From contig JBDGSL010000033.1 in NCBI GenBank assembly GCA_042217555.1, positions 865 through 64,864 of the forward strand: a DNA stretch of 64,000 nt, given 5' to 3'. How positions within the stretch are numbered: the stretch's first letter is position 1; the number at the start of each line of letters is the position of its first letter. Source of the DNA: Candidatus Nanohalobium sp. (GTDB taxonomy: Archaea > Nanohalarchaeota > Nanosalinia > Nanosalinales > Nanosalinaceae). The notes beneath the pieces are model-generated. The model was not told the origin of the DNA and searched no databases. It saw only the letters and a list, made by a program, of their open reading frames with translations. The translations under genes and the position numbers were made by a program. This document shows, piece by piece, positions 36,955 through 46,489 of this stretch.

Positions 36955-38490
36955 ATGTCACAGGAACTTGGAATAACGGTAAAGAAGGACCGCGATCCTT
37001 CAGAGTGGTACACACAGGTAGTTAAAAAAGCAGAACTGGCGAAATACGCCGACGTCAAGGGCTGCATGATAATCAAACCGTACGGAATGAAACTCTGGGA
37101 ATCAATAAAAGAGAACTTCAACGAGAAAATAGAAAGTACCGGAGTTGAAAACGCATACTTCCCACTCTTCATCCGCGAAAGCCAGCTGGAGAAGGAAGAA
37201 GACATCGTAGAAGGATTCGACCCGGAAGTCGCATGGGTAACACACGGAGGAAGCGACGAACTCGAAGAAAAAATCGCAGTAAGGCCTACATCAGAAAGCG
37301 TTATCGCACCATACATGGCAGACGAAATAAGAAGTCACAGGGACCTGCCTTTCAGAGTGAACCAGTGGGCAAACGTCGTACGCTGGGAAGCAACAGATAC
37401 AAGGCCTTTCCTGAGGACGAGAGAGTTCCTCTGGCAGGAAGGACATACAGCACACGCATCCGAGGAAGAAGCAGATGAGGAAACAATGCTGAGACTGGAA
37501 CAGTACAGACAGGTAATCGAAGACCATCTCGCTATCCCTTCAATCCTGGGATACAAGCCGGAGCACGACAAGTTCCCCGGAGCAAAATACACTACAACGA
37601 TCGAAACCTTGATGCCGGACGGGAAAAGCATCCAGTCAGGGACCTCACACCAGCTAGGACAGCACTTTGCCGAGGCCTTCGACATAACCTTTGAGGATGA
37701 GAACAGCGATGAGCAAACAGCGTGGACCACTTCATGGGGCCTCTCCACGAGGACGATCGGTGCCTTGATCATGGCACACGGTGACGATGAAGGCCTTAGA
37801 TTGCCTCCTTCCATTGCTCCGGTACAAACGGTCGTCGTACCTATCTACCAGGAAGACAACCAGGAAGAAGTCATGGAGTACGCAGAAAAAGTAGCCGAAG
37901 AACTGAAGAACGCAGATTGCTCCTGTGAAGAATCTGCTTGCAGCAGCAGTTCGGAGAAATGCTGCGAAAAAGGCCTTCGCGTAGAACTGGACGACAGAGA
38001 TCACAGAACACCGGGATACAAGTTCAACGAATGGGAACTCAAAGGCGTCCCACTCAGAGTCGAAGTAGGACCTAACGAAGTAGAAGACGACGCAGTCACC
38101 ACAGTAAGAAGAGACAACGGCAAGAAAGAAATGGGCAAGGACAGAGAAGAATTCCTAGAAAACGCAGAACAGGTCCTCGACGACATCCAGGAATCAATGT
38201 ATCAGGAACTGGAAGAATACCAGCAGGAGAACATCAGAGAAGCAGACTCCAAAAACGAAATCCTCGCAACAATCGGCAAAAACCGCGGCTACGTAAAAAC
38301 CCGCTGGTGCGGAAAAGAAGAATGCGAAGAAGAGATCAAAGACGAAGTATCCGCAGAAATCGTCGTCCTACCATTCCAGGAAGACAGCAAACCAGCCACC
38401 ATCCAGGACGAAGAAGAACACATCGACGGCAACTGCGCAATCTGCGGCGAGGATGCGGAACGCTGGGCATACTTCGCCAAGAATTATTGA
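36955..38490 (+). CDS. proS: prolyl-tRNA synthetase (archaeal/eukaryotic type) with a 19-aa insertion
   Basis: RPTSE, FLRTREFLWQEGHT, QSGTSHQLG, TSWGLSTR, C-terminal Zn module. Confidence 0.97.
   Translation: MSQELGITVKKDRDPSEWYTQVVKKAELAKYADVKGCMIIKPYGMKLWESIKENFNEKIESTGVENAYFPLFIRESQLEKEEDIVEGFDPEVAWVTHGGSDELEEKIAVRPTSESVIAPYMADEIRSHRDLPFRVNQWANVVRWEATDTRPFLRTREFLWQEGHTAHASEEEADEETMLRLEQYRQVIEDHLAIPSILGYKPEHDKFPGAKYTTTIETLMPDGKSIQSGTSHQLGQHFAEAFDITFEDENSDEQTAWTTSWGLSTRTIGALIMAHGDDEGLRLPPSIAPVQTVVVPIYQEDNQEEVMEYAEKVAEELKNADCSCEESACSSSSEKCCEKGLRVELDDRDHRTPGYKFNEWELKGVPLRVEVGPNEVEDDAVTTVRRDNGKKEMGKDREEFLENAEQVLDDIQESMYQELEEYQQENIREADSKNEILATIGKNRGYVKTRWCGKEECEEEIKDEVSAEIVVLPFQEDSKPATIQDEEEHIDGNCAICGEDAERWAYFAKNY
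37909..37966. repeat. 57-bp in-frame double-hairpin insertion in proS
   Basis: GCAGATT-N12-AATCTGC and GCAGCA-N11-TGCTGC; ends CGCAG...CTGCG; encodes NADCSCEESACSSSSEKCC. Confidence 0.7.
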
Positions 38491-38518
38491 TTTAAATCTC
38501 CTTTCCTTAACTTTTTCT

Positions 38519-38779
38519 ATGCCTGATTTTGATCTGTGGTTTGAGAAAGCTGAAGATGACTTGGACGCTGCAAAGTATATGGAACAGGGCCAACGGTTTT
38601 TCTCAAGCTGCTTTTCTTTACCAACAGGCTGCCGAGAAAGGTTTGAAGGCAGTACTTGTTAATATTATTTCAGAACGCGTTATCCGGACGCAGATCTAGT
38701 TGAACTTGAACAGGAGGAAATTAAGGGTATTGCAAATTCAGCAGAGGTGATCTTCGAGTGGATAAGGAAGAATTATTAG
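38519..38779 (+). pseudogene. frameshifted, internally deleted HEPN gene
   Basis: MPDFDLWFEKAEDDLDAAKY / (frameshift) QAAFLYQQAAEKGLKAVL..TRYPDA. Confidence 0.75.
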
Positions 38780-39066
38780 ATGAAATAGCAAATACTGTAT
38801 CAGAAGAAGTGGAATTTGAAAAATCTATCTATTCGGTTCCCGGGCTAGAGGAGACTACAGAGAAAGTTCTGATATGGATATAGCGATTATATTGGAAGAT
38901 TTTGAAGGGATGAAAAGAAGAGAGGTACGAGAAGGTAATTAATTCAGTAAGAGAAGTAACTGGTGAAACACCTGTCGATGTAATATGCTATACACCGCAA
39001 GAATTTGAGAAAGGTAAGGAATCTTTCCTACCATCCATTATAGTGGAAGAAGGGGTATCCACTTAG
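38758..39066 (+). pseudogene. frameshifted MNT gene
   Basis: ILFGSRARGDYRESSDMDIA and VDVICYTPQEFEK lie in different frames. Confidence 0.75.
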
Positions 39067-39068
39067 AT

Positions 39069-39374
39069 TCAAATCTCTATTCCTTCTTCAGCTGCCGTCT
39101 TCACTGTCCCTATCATATTTTTCTTCTTTTCGAATTCTTCTGGAGTGTAGCATAGGATTTCAAGCGGTTGCTCTCCCTCCCACTGTAGATAAAATCTTTT
39201 ACCTCTCTCAGTCCAATCTACTCCTTTAAAATCTTCTGATACCAGTATTAGATCCACATCACTGTGTTTAAGGTAGTCTCCTCTTGCTCTGGAGCCGAAA
39301 AGAATCGCTTTTTCAATATCCAGTTCAATTTTTCCGAGTAGTTTTTCTACTTCTCTAACTGCGTCTTTGTCCAT
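39069..39374 (-). CDS. minimal nucleotidyltransferase (MNT)
   Basis: ILFGSRARGDYLKHSDVDLILV..LCYTPEEFE. Confidence 0.88.
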   Translation of the reverse strand: MDKDAVREVEKLLGKIELDIEKAILFGSRARGDYLKHSDVDLILVSEDFKGVDWTERGKRFYLQWEGEQPLEILCYTPEEFEKKKNMIGTVKTAAEEGIEI

Positions 39375-39570
39375 TCTACTATCACCTCAGCGGCCTCAAT
39401 TTTAGTCTCTGCTTTTTTCTCAGTGTAATTCTCCGACGGTGTTCAGACAGCTGCATCAGGACACCTTGAATCTATGTAATCTCTGTTTAATTCAACACAG
39501 GATTCTTTAACATCTTCTGAAACATTCAAAGGCTCTATTATATCAAGTAAATTATGCGACTTGATTAAAT
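39347..39570 (-). pseudogene. 5'-truncated HEPN gene with premature stop
   Basis: LIKSHNLLDI..LNRDYIDSRCPDAAV*TPSENYT..AEVIVEWTK; TGA at 39443-39445; overlaps the MNT start. Confidence 0.7.
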
Positions 39571-39734
39571 CCCTCTGATACTAGGCCTTGTCTCCAACCT
39601 GGTCTACTCTTTCAACGGCCATGTCGACGACGTTATCGTGGACGGAGAGTTTGCTGTAAGAAGCTCTGAACACGTCCCTGTTGATGAAGAAAAGGTGGTT
39701 GAAGAAGTTGAAGGGGAAAAGCAGGGAAGTTCTA

Positions 39735-40490
39735 CTAGTCTACTTTCTTGGCTTTGAAGCCTATCATGTCTCTGTATCCTGTGGTTGACATCATCACAGG
39801 GTAGAAGTCCTCCTTTGCCTTTAGTTTTTCGTCCTTCTTGATGGCGTATGTCTCTCCTTTCTGTATCTTCCGGAAGTTTTTACGTGTGAACTGGTATCCA
39901 CTACCCTCCACTTTATCATAGATGTTATAGTTGTCGTGCTTTTTCTCCTCTGTCTCTCCCTCAATGATATTATTGTGTCTGAGGAAGTCTTTTGTTATGT
40001 TGTAGGCGTTCTCTATGGTTTTCTGGGTTCTGGTGTACCCACACTCTACCGCGACCCTGTCGATCTCTTCTATCTGGGAGTCGTACGCTTCCTCGATGCT
40101 GGCGGACTTTCCCACCGGCAGCTTCCTCAACTGTTCCTCGATCTTTCCTAGCTTCCTTGTCTTCAGTCCGAAAGGCTGAGGATGTGAGAAAGATGAGTGA
40201 AGATCCAATACCGTCATGCCTTTGATCTCCCTTTTGATGGCTTCGGCAAGCTTCTCTTCGTGGGTGTCGTTGCTGTCGGAGTTCCAGACCCTGTTAAGAT
40301 CTTTGTCTATCTGGCTTTTCCTTTCCTTGTAGGCTTTCTCGTTGGCGAACACCAGTTTAACCGGTTTCCTGAACTCTGGTTTTTCATGCAGTATCCTGTC
40401 TACCGCAAGTTTTCCACATGGCTCGTTTCCGTGGACGCAGTACATAACTGCGTGCTCAGGCTCTCCGTCTCCAACCGTCTTGACTTTCAT
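39735..40490 (-). CDS. succinylglutamate desuccinylase/aspartoacylase (M14-like) family
   Basis: VHGNEPCG, DLNRV, LDLHSS, VECG. Confidence 0.85.
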   Translation of the reverse strand: MKVKTVGDGEPEHAVMYCVHGNEPCGKLAVDRILHEKPEFRKPVKLVFANEKAYKERKSQIDKDLNRVWNSDSNDTHEEKLAEAIKREIKGMTVLDLHSSFSHPQPFGLKTRKLGKIEEQLRKLPVGKSASIEEAYDSQIEEIDRVAVECGYTRTQKTIENAYNITKDFLRHNNIIEGETEEKKHDNYNIYDKVEGSGYQFTRKNFRKIQKGETYAIKKDEKLKAKEDFYPVMMSTTGYRDMIGFKAKKVD

Positions 40491-40831
40491 GATGCCTTCA
40501 CCTTGTTCTGCACATCCATCATATTTACCTCTTTCGTTGTATTAACTGCGTCCTCACTCTCACATCTTCAGGTACAGCTCTTTTATCGAATTGTCTACCG
40601 GCCTTTCTAATCCCTCCCTGGCCTCAGCTTGGTTTAAGACACCTGTTATCAATCAAACGGTTTGTCGGGGATAATCTTCCAGAAACAAAACTTCTGGAAA
40701 ATAGTTAGTGCGGATAGAAATAGCTGTCACTGATCCTCTCAAAAAAAACCAGGGCTGAAATGTCTTGACATATGCAGTGTTCTAATCAAAACAGTTGATA
40801 ATCTTGGTCAGAAGGAAAGGGAAAACGAGGG

Positions 40832-41944
40832 TTATACCTGTGCGTCAAGAAGTTCCGGTTTTTCGTCGATACGTGGTACTGAATGCTTCTGTTTAAGCTT
40901 GCGGAACTTGTCGTGGTCATCAGGTTCAAGTAGTGTTATTGCTTCTCCTTCTCTTCCCTGTCTTCCTGCTCTCCCGATCCTGTGGGTGTAGGTATCGGCT
41001 GTATCTGGTACGTCGTAGTTGAAGACGTGTGTCACCTGGTCTACGTCGATTCCACGTGCTGCGACGTCTGTTGCTACGATGACGTTTATTTTTCCATCTT
41101 CGAATTTTTCCAGTGTCTTCTCCCTCTGGTTCTGGCTCATGTCTCCGTTCATCTCCTGTGCGTCGATACCGTTCTTCCGGAGTTTATCCGCTAGCCAGCG
41201 TGTGGTGTTCTTTGTCTGGCAGAAGACAATTGAGAGATCTCTATCCTTTTTCTTCAGGAACGTGTACAGGTATGAGAGCTTGTTGTGGCTTTTTACGTTG
41301 ACATACTTCTCTTCCAGTTCTGCAGTGTGTTCTCCGGGCTCAATCCTGATTATTTCCGGGTTGATATCGTATTTTTCACACATCTTCTTCAAAGCTCTCG
41401 GAATCGTCGCTCCGAAAAGCAGGTTCTGACGTTCTTCAGGCAGGAAGTCGATTATCGCCTCGAGTTCGTCCTGGAAACCCATGTCAAGCATCCTGTCGGC
41501 TTCGTCGAGAACGAAGTATTCAAGGCCTGAGACGTCTATCTCTCCCTGTTGAAGCAGGTCGAGGACTCTTCCCGGTGTTCCTACTATTATATTAGATTTT
41601 TTCGCTCCTTCTATCTGTGGCTTGTAACTGACTCCTCCGTAGATAGTGACTGCGTCTATACTTTTGGAGGCCATCTTGATCTCCGATGTGATCTGTTTTG
41701 CCAGTTCACGTGTCGGCGAGAGAACCAGGGCCTCTGTCTCGTCAGTTCCATGATCCAGTTCTTCTATCAACGGCAGTGAAAACGCAAGTGTCTTCCCTGA
41801 ACCGGTCTCTGATTCAACTAGAAGGTCTTTCCCGTTCAGTACTTCAGGAATGGCTTTCTCCTGGACCTCTGTAGGCTCTGTGATACCGTTTTCTTCAAGT
41901 CTAGAAACTGTGTCATCTGAAATGTTTAACTCTGAAAATCTCAT
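40832..41944 (-). CDS. DEAD-box RNA helicase
   Basis: PTEVQ, TGSGKT, PTRELA, DEAD, ATDVAARGID, HRIGRAGR. Confidence 0.95.
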   Translation of the reverse strand: MRFSELNISDDTVSRLEENGITEPTEVQEKAIPEVLNGKDLLVESETGSGKTLAFSLPLIEELDHGTDETEALVLSPTRELAKQITSEIKMASKSIDAVTIYGGVSYKPQIEGAKKSNIIVGTPGRVLDLLQQGEIDVSGLEYFVLDEADRMLDMGFQDELEAIIDFLPEERQNLLFGATIPRALKKMCEKYDINPEIIRIEPGEHTAELEEKYVNVKSHNKLSYLYTFLKKKDRDLSIVFCQTKNTTRWLADKLRKNGIDAQEMNGDMSQNQREKTLEKFEDGKINVIVATDVAARGIDVDQVTHVFNYDVPDTADTYTHRIGRAGRQGREGEAITLLEPDDHDKFRKLKQKHSVPRIDEKPELLDAQV

Positions 41945-42266
41945 AGCTTTGAAAACTTCCTCTGTTTATAACAGGGAAACCCGGTTGAAACCTTTTAAAC
42001 AAAACATTAGAGAGTACGGGTTTTTCTACACCGTACAGCTTTTAGACGTGTTGTCAGGAGTGAGATCTGGATTTCTGCAGAAGTCCTTGTCTTTTTTCCT
42101 TCTTCACTGCTTACCGGAAGATTATGTTCTGAAAAATTTCCTGGCTGCAGAAAAAGTGATAGAAGATGAACACCGGAGAAAGGTTCTATCCTTTCTTGAT
42201 TTCAATTAACGGCTATGAAGACAGCCTTGGGCGGAAAGCGAAGAGCGTTGGTAGGCCGGTCAGAGG

Positions 42267-43226
42267 CTAGTCTTGGAGGAACACCGGTTTTCCTTTGTCC
42301 AGTACTTTTTCATTGTCGAACCAGACGGTTGGTTCCTTGAGAACGAAGTCCCAGTGAATATCGCTTTCAGTCCTTCTACTGTGGCCTTCCGGGAAGCAGA
42401 AGGTATTGTCTCCCAGTGCTATGTGAACAGTTCCAAGTATTTTCTCGTCCTGCAGTGTCTGCTGTATGAAAGTTGCTTCCGGATTGGTCCCGAACCCGAA
42501 CTCTGCGATGTTACGGCCGCCGTCCACCTCACGGGTCTTCTCAACTATGTTCGAGTTTTCCGGCGCGTTCTCAACTTTCTGAAGCTCTGCGTCCTCTATA
42601 ATCAGTCTATCTCCTGTATCTTCCTCATCTCCGAAGTCGTTCTCCTCTATGACAAGTATGCCTTCTGCATCTATAGGTCCTGTGTATATCTCTCCGGCCG
42701 GCAGGTTGCTCATGTCCCCATCCTCGTGGACTATACCTGTGTCAGGATGGAAAAGATCAGGGTCAACTTCCAGCTCCAGATCCGTACCTTTCTCCGTCTT
42801 TATCCTTACCTTTTCAACGTTTTCTGCTGCCTTCATAGCTTTCTCCGTGTTCTTCTCTACCTGTGAGTAATCTGCCTGGAGAGCAGTGTTCCATATCTCC
42901 CTGTTTATACCTGGAAGCGTCGCTCCCCGCGTCCCGGACTCCGTGGCCTCTATCCTGGCCTGAGTGTGTGTTATAGATTTCTTCGTTGGAGCGATAAAGA
43001 CATCTGCGTCCTTTAACGCACTGGCGATCCTCCCCGGAGGCTCCTCACCATGGTTCTCCGGTTCCGGATACTCCTCGTACCGAAGTTCGGCTCTTTCCTC
43101 TACTGCTTTCTTAAGCGCATCCACCAGTTCAGGGTCGTTCCCGTCGTTAACCACCACGACTTCCTCTCCTTCCTGAATGTTCAGACACTGATCAACTACC
43201 GTCTCCGCTCCTTTCTGAAGTGACAT
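42267..43226 (-). CDS. aminopeptidase (M29 / archaeal leucyl aminopeptidase family)
   Basis: NLPAGE, IAEFGFGTN, DEKILGTVHIALG, IHWD. Confidence 0.88.
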   Translation of the reverse strand: MSLQKGAETVVDQCLNIQEGEEVVVVNDGNDPELVDALKKAVEERAELRYEEYPEPENHGEEPPGRIASALKDADVFIAPTKKSITHTQARIEATESGTRGATLPGINREIWNTALQADYSQVEKNTEKAMKAAENVEKVRIKTEKGTDLELEVDPDLFHPDTGIVHEDGDMSNLPAGEIYTGPIDAEGILVIEENDFGDEEDTGDRLIIEDAELQKVENAPENSNIVEKTREVDGGRNIAEFGFGTNPEATFIQQTLQDEKILGTVHIALGDNTFCFPEGHSRRTESDIHWDFVLKEPTVWFDNEKVLDKGKPVFLQD

Positions 43227-43306
43227 ACAGAGAAGTTAACACACAGAGGTTAAAGAACCTTTTCCTGACAAAAAAGATTAAAAAAACCAGAACCCTGTTT
43301 GTTGTC

Positions 43307-43642
43307 ATGGCAGAAGAACAACTGTATGCTGAGTTGGTGTTTGAGTACGTTGAAAACCAAACCAGTCCCGACCTTACAGAGGAAGATGCGGAAAGGATAG
43401 CATCTATCCTGGATGGAAAGACGGATTTAGAGAGTGTCAAAGACGTAGATATCTATGAGAAGGAAGAAGGTGTGTACGGACTTGAACTTCCGGAGCGTCT
43501 TGAAGGCCTGGCTACGGACGAACTGACATACGCCAGAGAAGCTCAGCAGTGTGTCACACACGGCAACAGTATACTGGAAGGTGAGCCACCTGAAGGGATG
43601 ACAACAGACGGAAACGGCAACCATGTAGGCGGTATGCGGTAG
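43307..43642 (+). CDS. hypothetical acidic protein
   Basis: ORF from ATG 43307. Confidence 0.6.
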   Translation: MAEEQLYAELVFEYVENQTSPDLTEEDAERIASILDGKTDLESVKDVDIYEKEEGVYGLELPERLEGLATDELTYAREAQQCVTHGNSILEGEPPEGMTTDGNGNHVGGMR

Positions 43643-43827
43643 TTAACGGAGAAGGGTCTTTTTCCCCCACCCCTCTGTTTTTTCTGTTCTTTCTGTCAGG
43701 AGTTCTCTTCCAACCGGTTTACCTATTTAAAGATGGAAGGTTCTTATTTTGACATAGAGTTTTTTGGTTTTCCTCCCTTCAGGTGGAGGAGTTCTCGGAA
43801 AAATAAGTTTACGTGAGGTTTTTGGCT

Positions 43828-44475
43828 ATGCAGAATCAAGTACAAGAGGAAAAGGATATGGGAGAGTTTGAAACCGGTACTACAACCCTTGGTTTGACAA
43901 CTGATGAAGGCGTTATTCTTGCTGCTGACAAGAGGGCTTCTCTTGGAGGCCGGCTGGTAAGCAACAAGCATGCCAAGAAGGTTTTCAAGCTGGATGATAA
44001 CATTGGTTTGACTATCGCCGGTTCAGTCGGTGATGCGCAGAGAATCGTCAGGATCATGAGGTCTCAGTTGAAGCTTCACAAGCTGGAGACCAAGGAACTG
44101 AGTTTGAAAGGAGCCGGAACGCTTCTGTCCAACATACTACACAACAACAAGATGATGCCGTTCATGAACCAGTTCCTCATGGGCGGGGTTGAAGACGGTG
44201 AGGGAACGGTTTACAGTCTTGACCCTGCTGGAGGATTGATGGCTCATCCTGATTACACGGCTACCGGCAGTGGTTCACAGATGGCTTTCGGAGTTCTTGA
44301 AGACCAGTACGAAGACGGTATCGACCATGAGAAAGGTAAGGAAGTCGCTATCAAGGCTATCAAGTCTGCAATGGAGAGAGACACGGCTACCGGAAACGGC
44401 ATCATGGTAGCAGAGATAACCGAGGACGGTTTCGAAATCCTTGAAGAAAAAGAAGTCGAGTCCCGACTCGAATAG
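43828..44475 (+). CDS. psmB: proteasome beta subunit
   Basis: Propeptide then ETG|TTTLG, AADKRAS, ATGSGS, ERDTATG. Confidence 0.95.
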   Translation: MQNQVQEEKDMGEFETGTTTLGLTTDEGVILAADKRASLGGRLVSNKHAKKVFKLDDNIGLTIAGSVGDAQRIVRIMRSQLKLHKLETKELSLKGAGTLLSNILHNNKMMPFMNQFLMGGVEDGEGTVYSLDPAGGLMAHPDYTATGSGSQMAFGVLEDQYEDGIDHEKGKEVAIKAIKSAMERDTATGNGIMVAEITEDGFEILEEKEVESRLE

Positions 44476-44608
44476 TAAATCCGGAGGGATCCGAAGAGAA
44501 GAGAGTGTACAGGTTTACCCCTCTCCATCTCTGGAAAAAATTTTTCTGCCTTTCTTTTTTGTCGGATCGCCCGGTAAAAACTGTTTTTAACTGGACGTGG
44601 TTTTTTGA

Positions 44609-46486
44609 ATGGAAGATCTTGAAGACGTGAAGGATTTCCTGCCGCCGAACGCGGATGTATCAGAACTCAGGTATGAGGGTTCAGATATAATTATATACAC
44701 TGACAGCGAGGATTTCTTCCTTGACAACTCTGATACTGTCAAGAAGATTGTTTCAGAGCTGAAGAAAAGAGTGGAGGTCAGGCCTTCATCAAAGCTTTAC
44801 AGTCAGCCGGAGTCAGCCAGGGAAAAGGTTATGGATCTTGTAAGCGGTGATGCAGGTGTGGAAGAGGTTATAATGCAGCCATCGCTGGGAAAGATGATAA
44901 TAAGAGCTGAGAAACCGGGCCAGGTGATAGGTGAGAAAGGTTCTGGCCTGGATGAGATAAAGGAGAAGACTCTCTGGAGTCCTCAGGTGGAGAGGGTTCC
45001 GGCTATCGACTCAAAGGTTGTTGACAGAGCCCGGGAGTTGACAGTGGAGGATCCCGAGTTCAGGAAGGAGTTCCTTCACGATGTCGGGAAGAAGATCAGG
45101 CTGGACAAGTCTGTTGGAGATGAGTGGGTGAGAGTCTCCGCGTTAGGCGGGTTCAGGCAGGTCGGAAGAAGCAGTGTACTTGTGCAGACGGAGGAGTCAA
45201 ACGTCCTGATGGATGCGGGGATAAACCCTGCGGCTGAATCCGGCAGTACGGAGAACTTCCCTTACCTTAACGCGCCGGAGCTTGACCTGAAGGATCTGGA
45301 CGCAGTTATAATCTCACATGCGCACATGGACCACATCGGGATGATACCGTACCTGTACAAAATGGGTTACGACGGCCCTCTGTACTGTACTGAGCCGACC
45401 AGAGACCTGATGATCATGCTGGCTTTGGACTACATCGGCCTGGCACACAGTGAGAACAACAGTGCGCCGTACGACTCCTCGGATATAAAGAAGGCTGTTA
45501 AACGGACTATAACACCGGGCTATGGAGAGGTAACGGATATAACTCCGGACATGCGTTTAACTTTGAAGAATGCAGGACATATCATTGGCAGTTCACTGGT
45601 CCATCTTCACGTCGGAGAAGGCCTCCACAACATACTGTACACCGGTGACTACAACTACGACAACACTGAGATGCTGCGTGAGGCAGATACCGACTTCCAG
45701 CGCGTTGAGACAATGATAACAGAGTCCACGTACGGTGGCCGGGACGACGAACAAACTGACAGGGAAGAGGCCAACAAGAAGTTTCTGTCAAAGGTGAAGC
45801 AGACGCTGAACAAGGGAGGAAAGGTTATCGTACCTGCCTTTGCAGTGGGAAGAAGCCAGGAAGTACTCGGTCTTCTGGCCGATGAGATGGACAGGTCTTA
45901 CTTCGACTATCCTGTGTATATCGACGGGATGATAAAAGATGTCAACGCGTTGCACACGGCGTATCCGGAGTTCCTTTCGAAGAAAGTACAGAAAAAAGTG
46001 TTTGAGGAGGAGAACTCTCCGTTCCTGCAGGACAATATAGAGACGATAGGAAGCTATAATGAGAGGAAGGAAGTTTTCGAGGAAGGACCATGCATTATTC
46101 TGACAACCTCAGGATCTCTGACAGGCGGCCCTGTACTTTCATACCTTGAGAAGGAGGCGGAAAAACCGGAGAACGCGTTGATATTCGTCGGGTACCAGTT
46201 CGCAGGAAGTCTCGGACGGAAGATACAGGACGGTGCTGACACAGTCAATATCAACGGGAAGAAGGTGGATGTCAACCTGGAGGTCTCCACTGTTTCCGGT
46301 TTCTCGGCTCACAGCGACAGAGAGCAGATCATAGACTTTGCGAAAGACCTGAGAAGCACTCCCAACAGGATTTTCTGCAACCACGGAGAGAAGAAGAAAT
46401 GCTTCTCACTGTCCTCAGCTCTTCACAAGATACTTCACATCGATACCTCGGCACCTCAGAACCTGGACGCACGCAGACTGGAGTAA
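44609..46486 (+). CDS. fttA: aCPSF1 beta-CASP ribonuclease with KH domains (transcription termination factor)
   Basis: GGFRQVGRS, SHAHMDH, AGHIIGS, AVGRSQE, FSAHSD, NHGE; conserved position after psmB. Confidence 0.92.
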   Translation: MEDLEDVKDFLPPNADVSELRYEGSDIIIYTDSEDFFLDNSDTVKKIVSELKKRVEVRPSSKLYSQPESAREKVMDLVSGDAGVEEVIMQPSLGKMIIRAEKPGQVIGEKGSGLDEIKEKTLWSPQVERVPAIDSKVVDRARELTVEDPEFRKEFLHDVGKKIRLDKSVGDEWVRVSALGGFRQVGRSSVLVQTEESNVLMDAGINPAAESGSTENFPYLNAPELDLKDLDAVIISHAHMDHIGMIPYLYKMGYDGPLYCTEPTRDLMIMLALDYIGLAHSENNSAPYDSSDIKKAVKRTITPGYGEVTDITPDMRLTLKNAGHIIGSSLVHLHVGEGLHNILYTGDYNYDNTEMLREADTDFQRVETMITESTYGGRDDEQTDREEANKKFLSKVKQTLNKGGKVIVPAFAVGRSQEVLGLLADEMDRSYFDYPVYIDGMIKDVNALHTAYPEFLSKKVQKKVFEEENSPFLQDNIETIGSYNERKEVFEEGPCIILTTSGSLTGGPVLSYLEKEAEKPENALIFVGYQFAGSLGRKIQDGADTVNINGKKVDVNLEVSTVSGFSAHSDREQIIDFAKDLRSTPNRIFCNHGEKKKCFSLSSALHKILHIDTSAPQNLDARRLE

Positions 46487-46489
46487 CGG

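Noticed and set aside
41850-42209. 119-aa ORF upstream of the DEAD-box gene
   Set aside because: It overlaps the helicase on the opposite strand and has non-acidic, atypical composition
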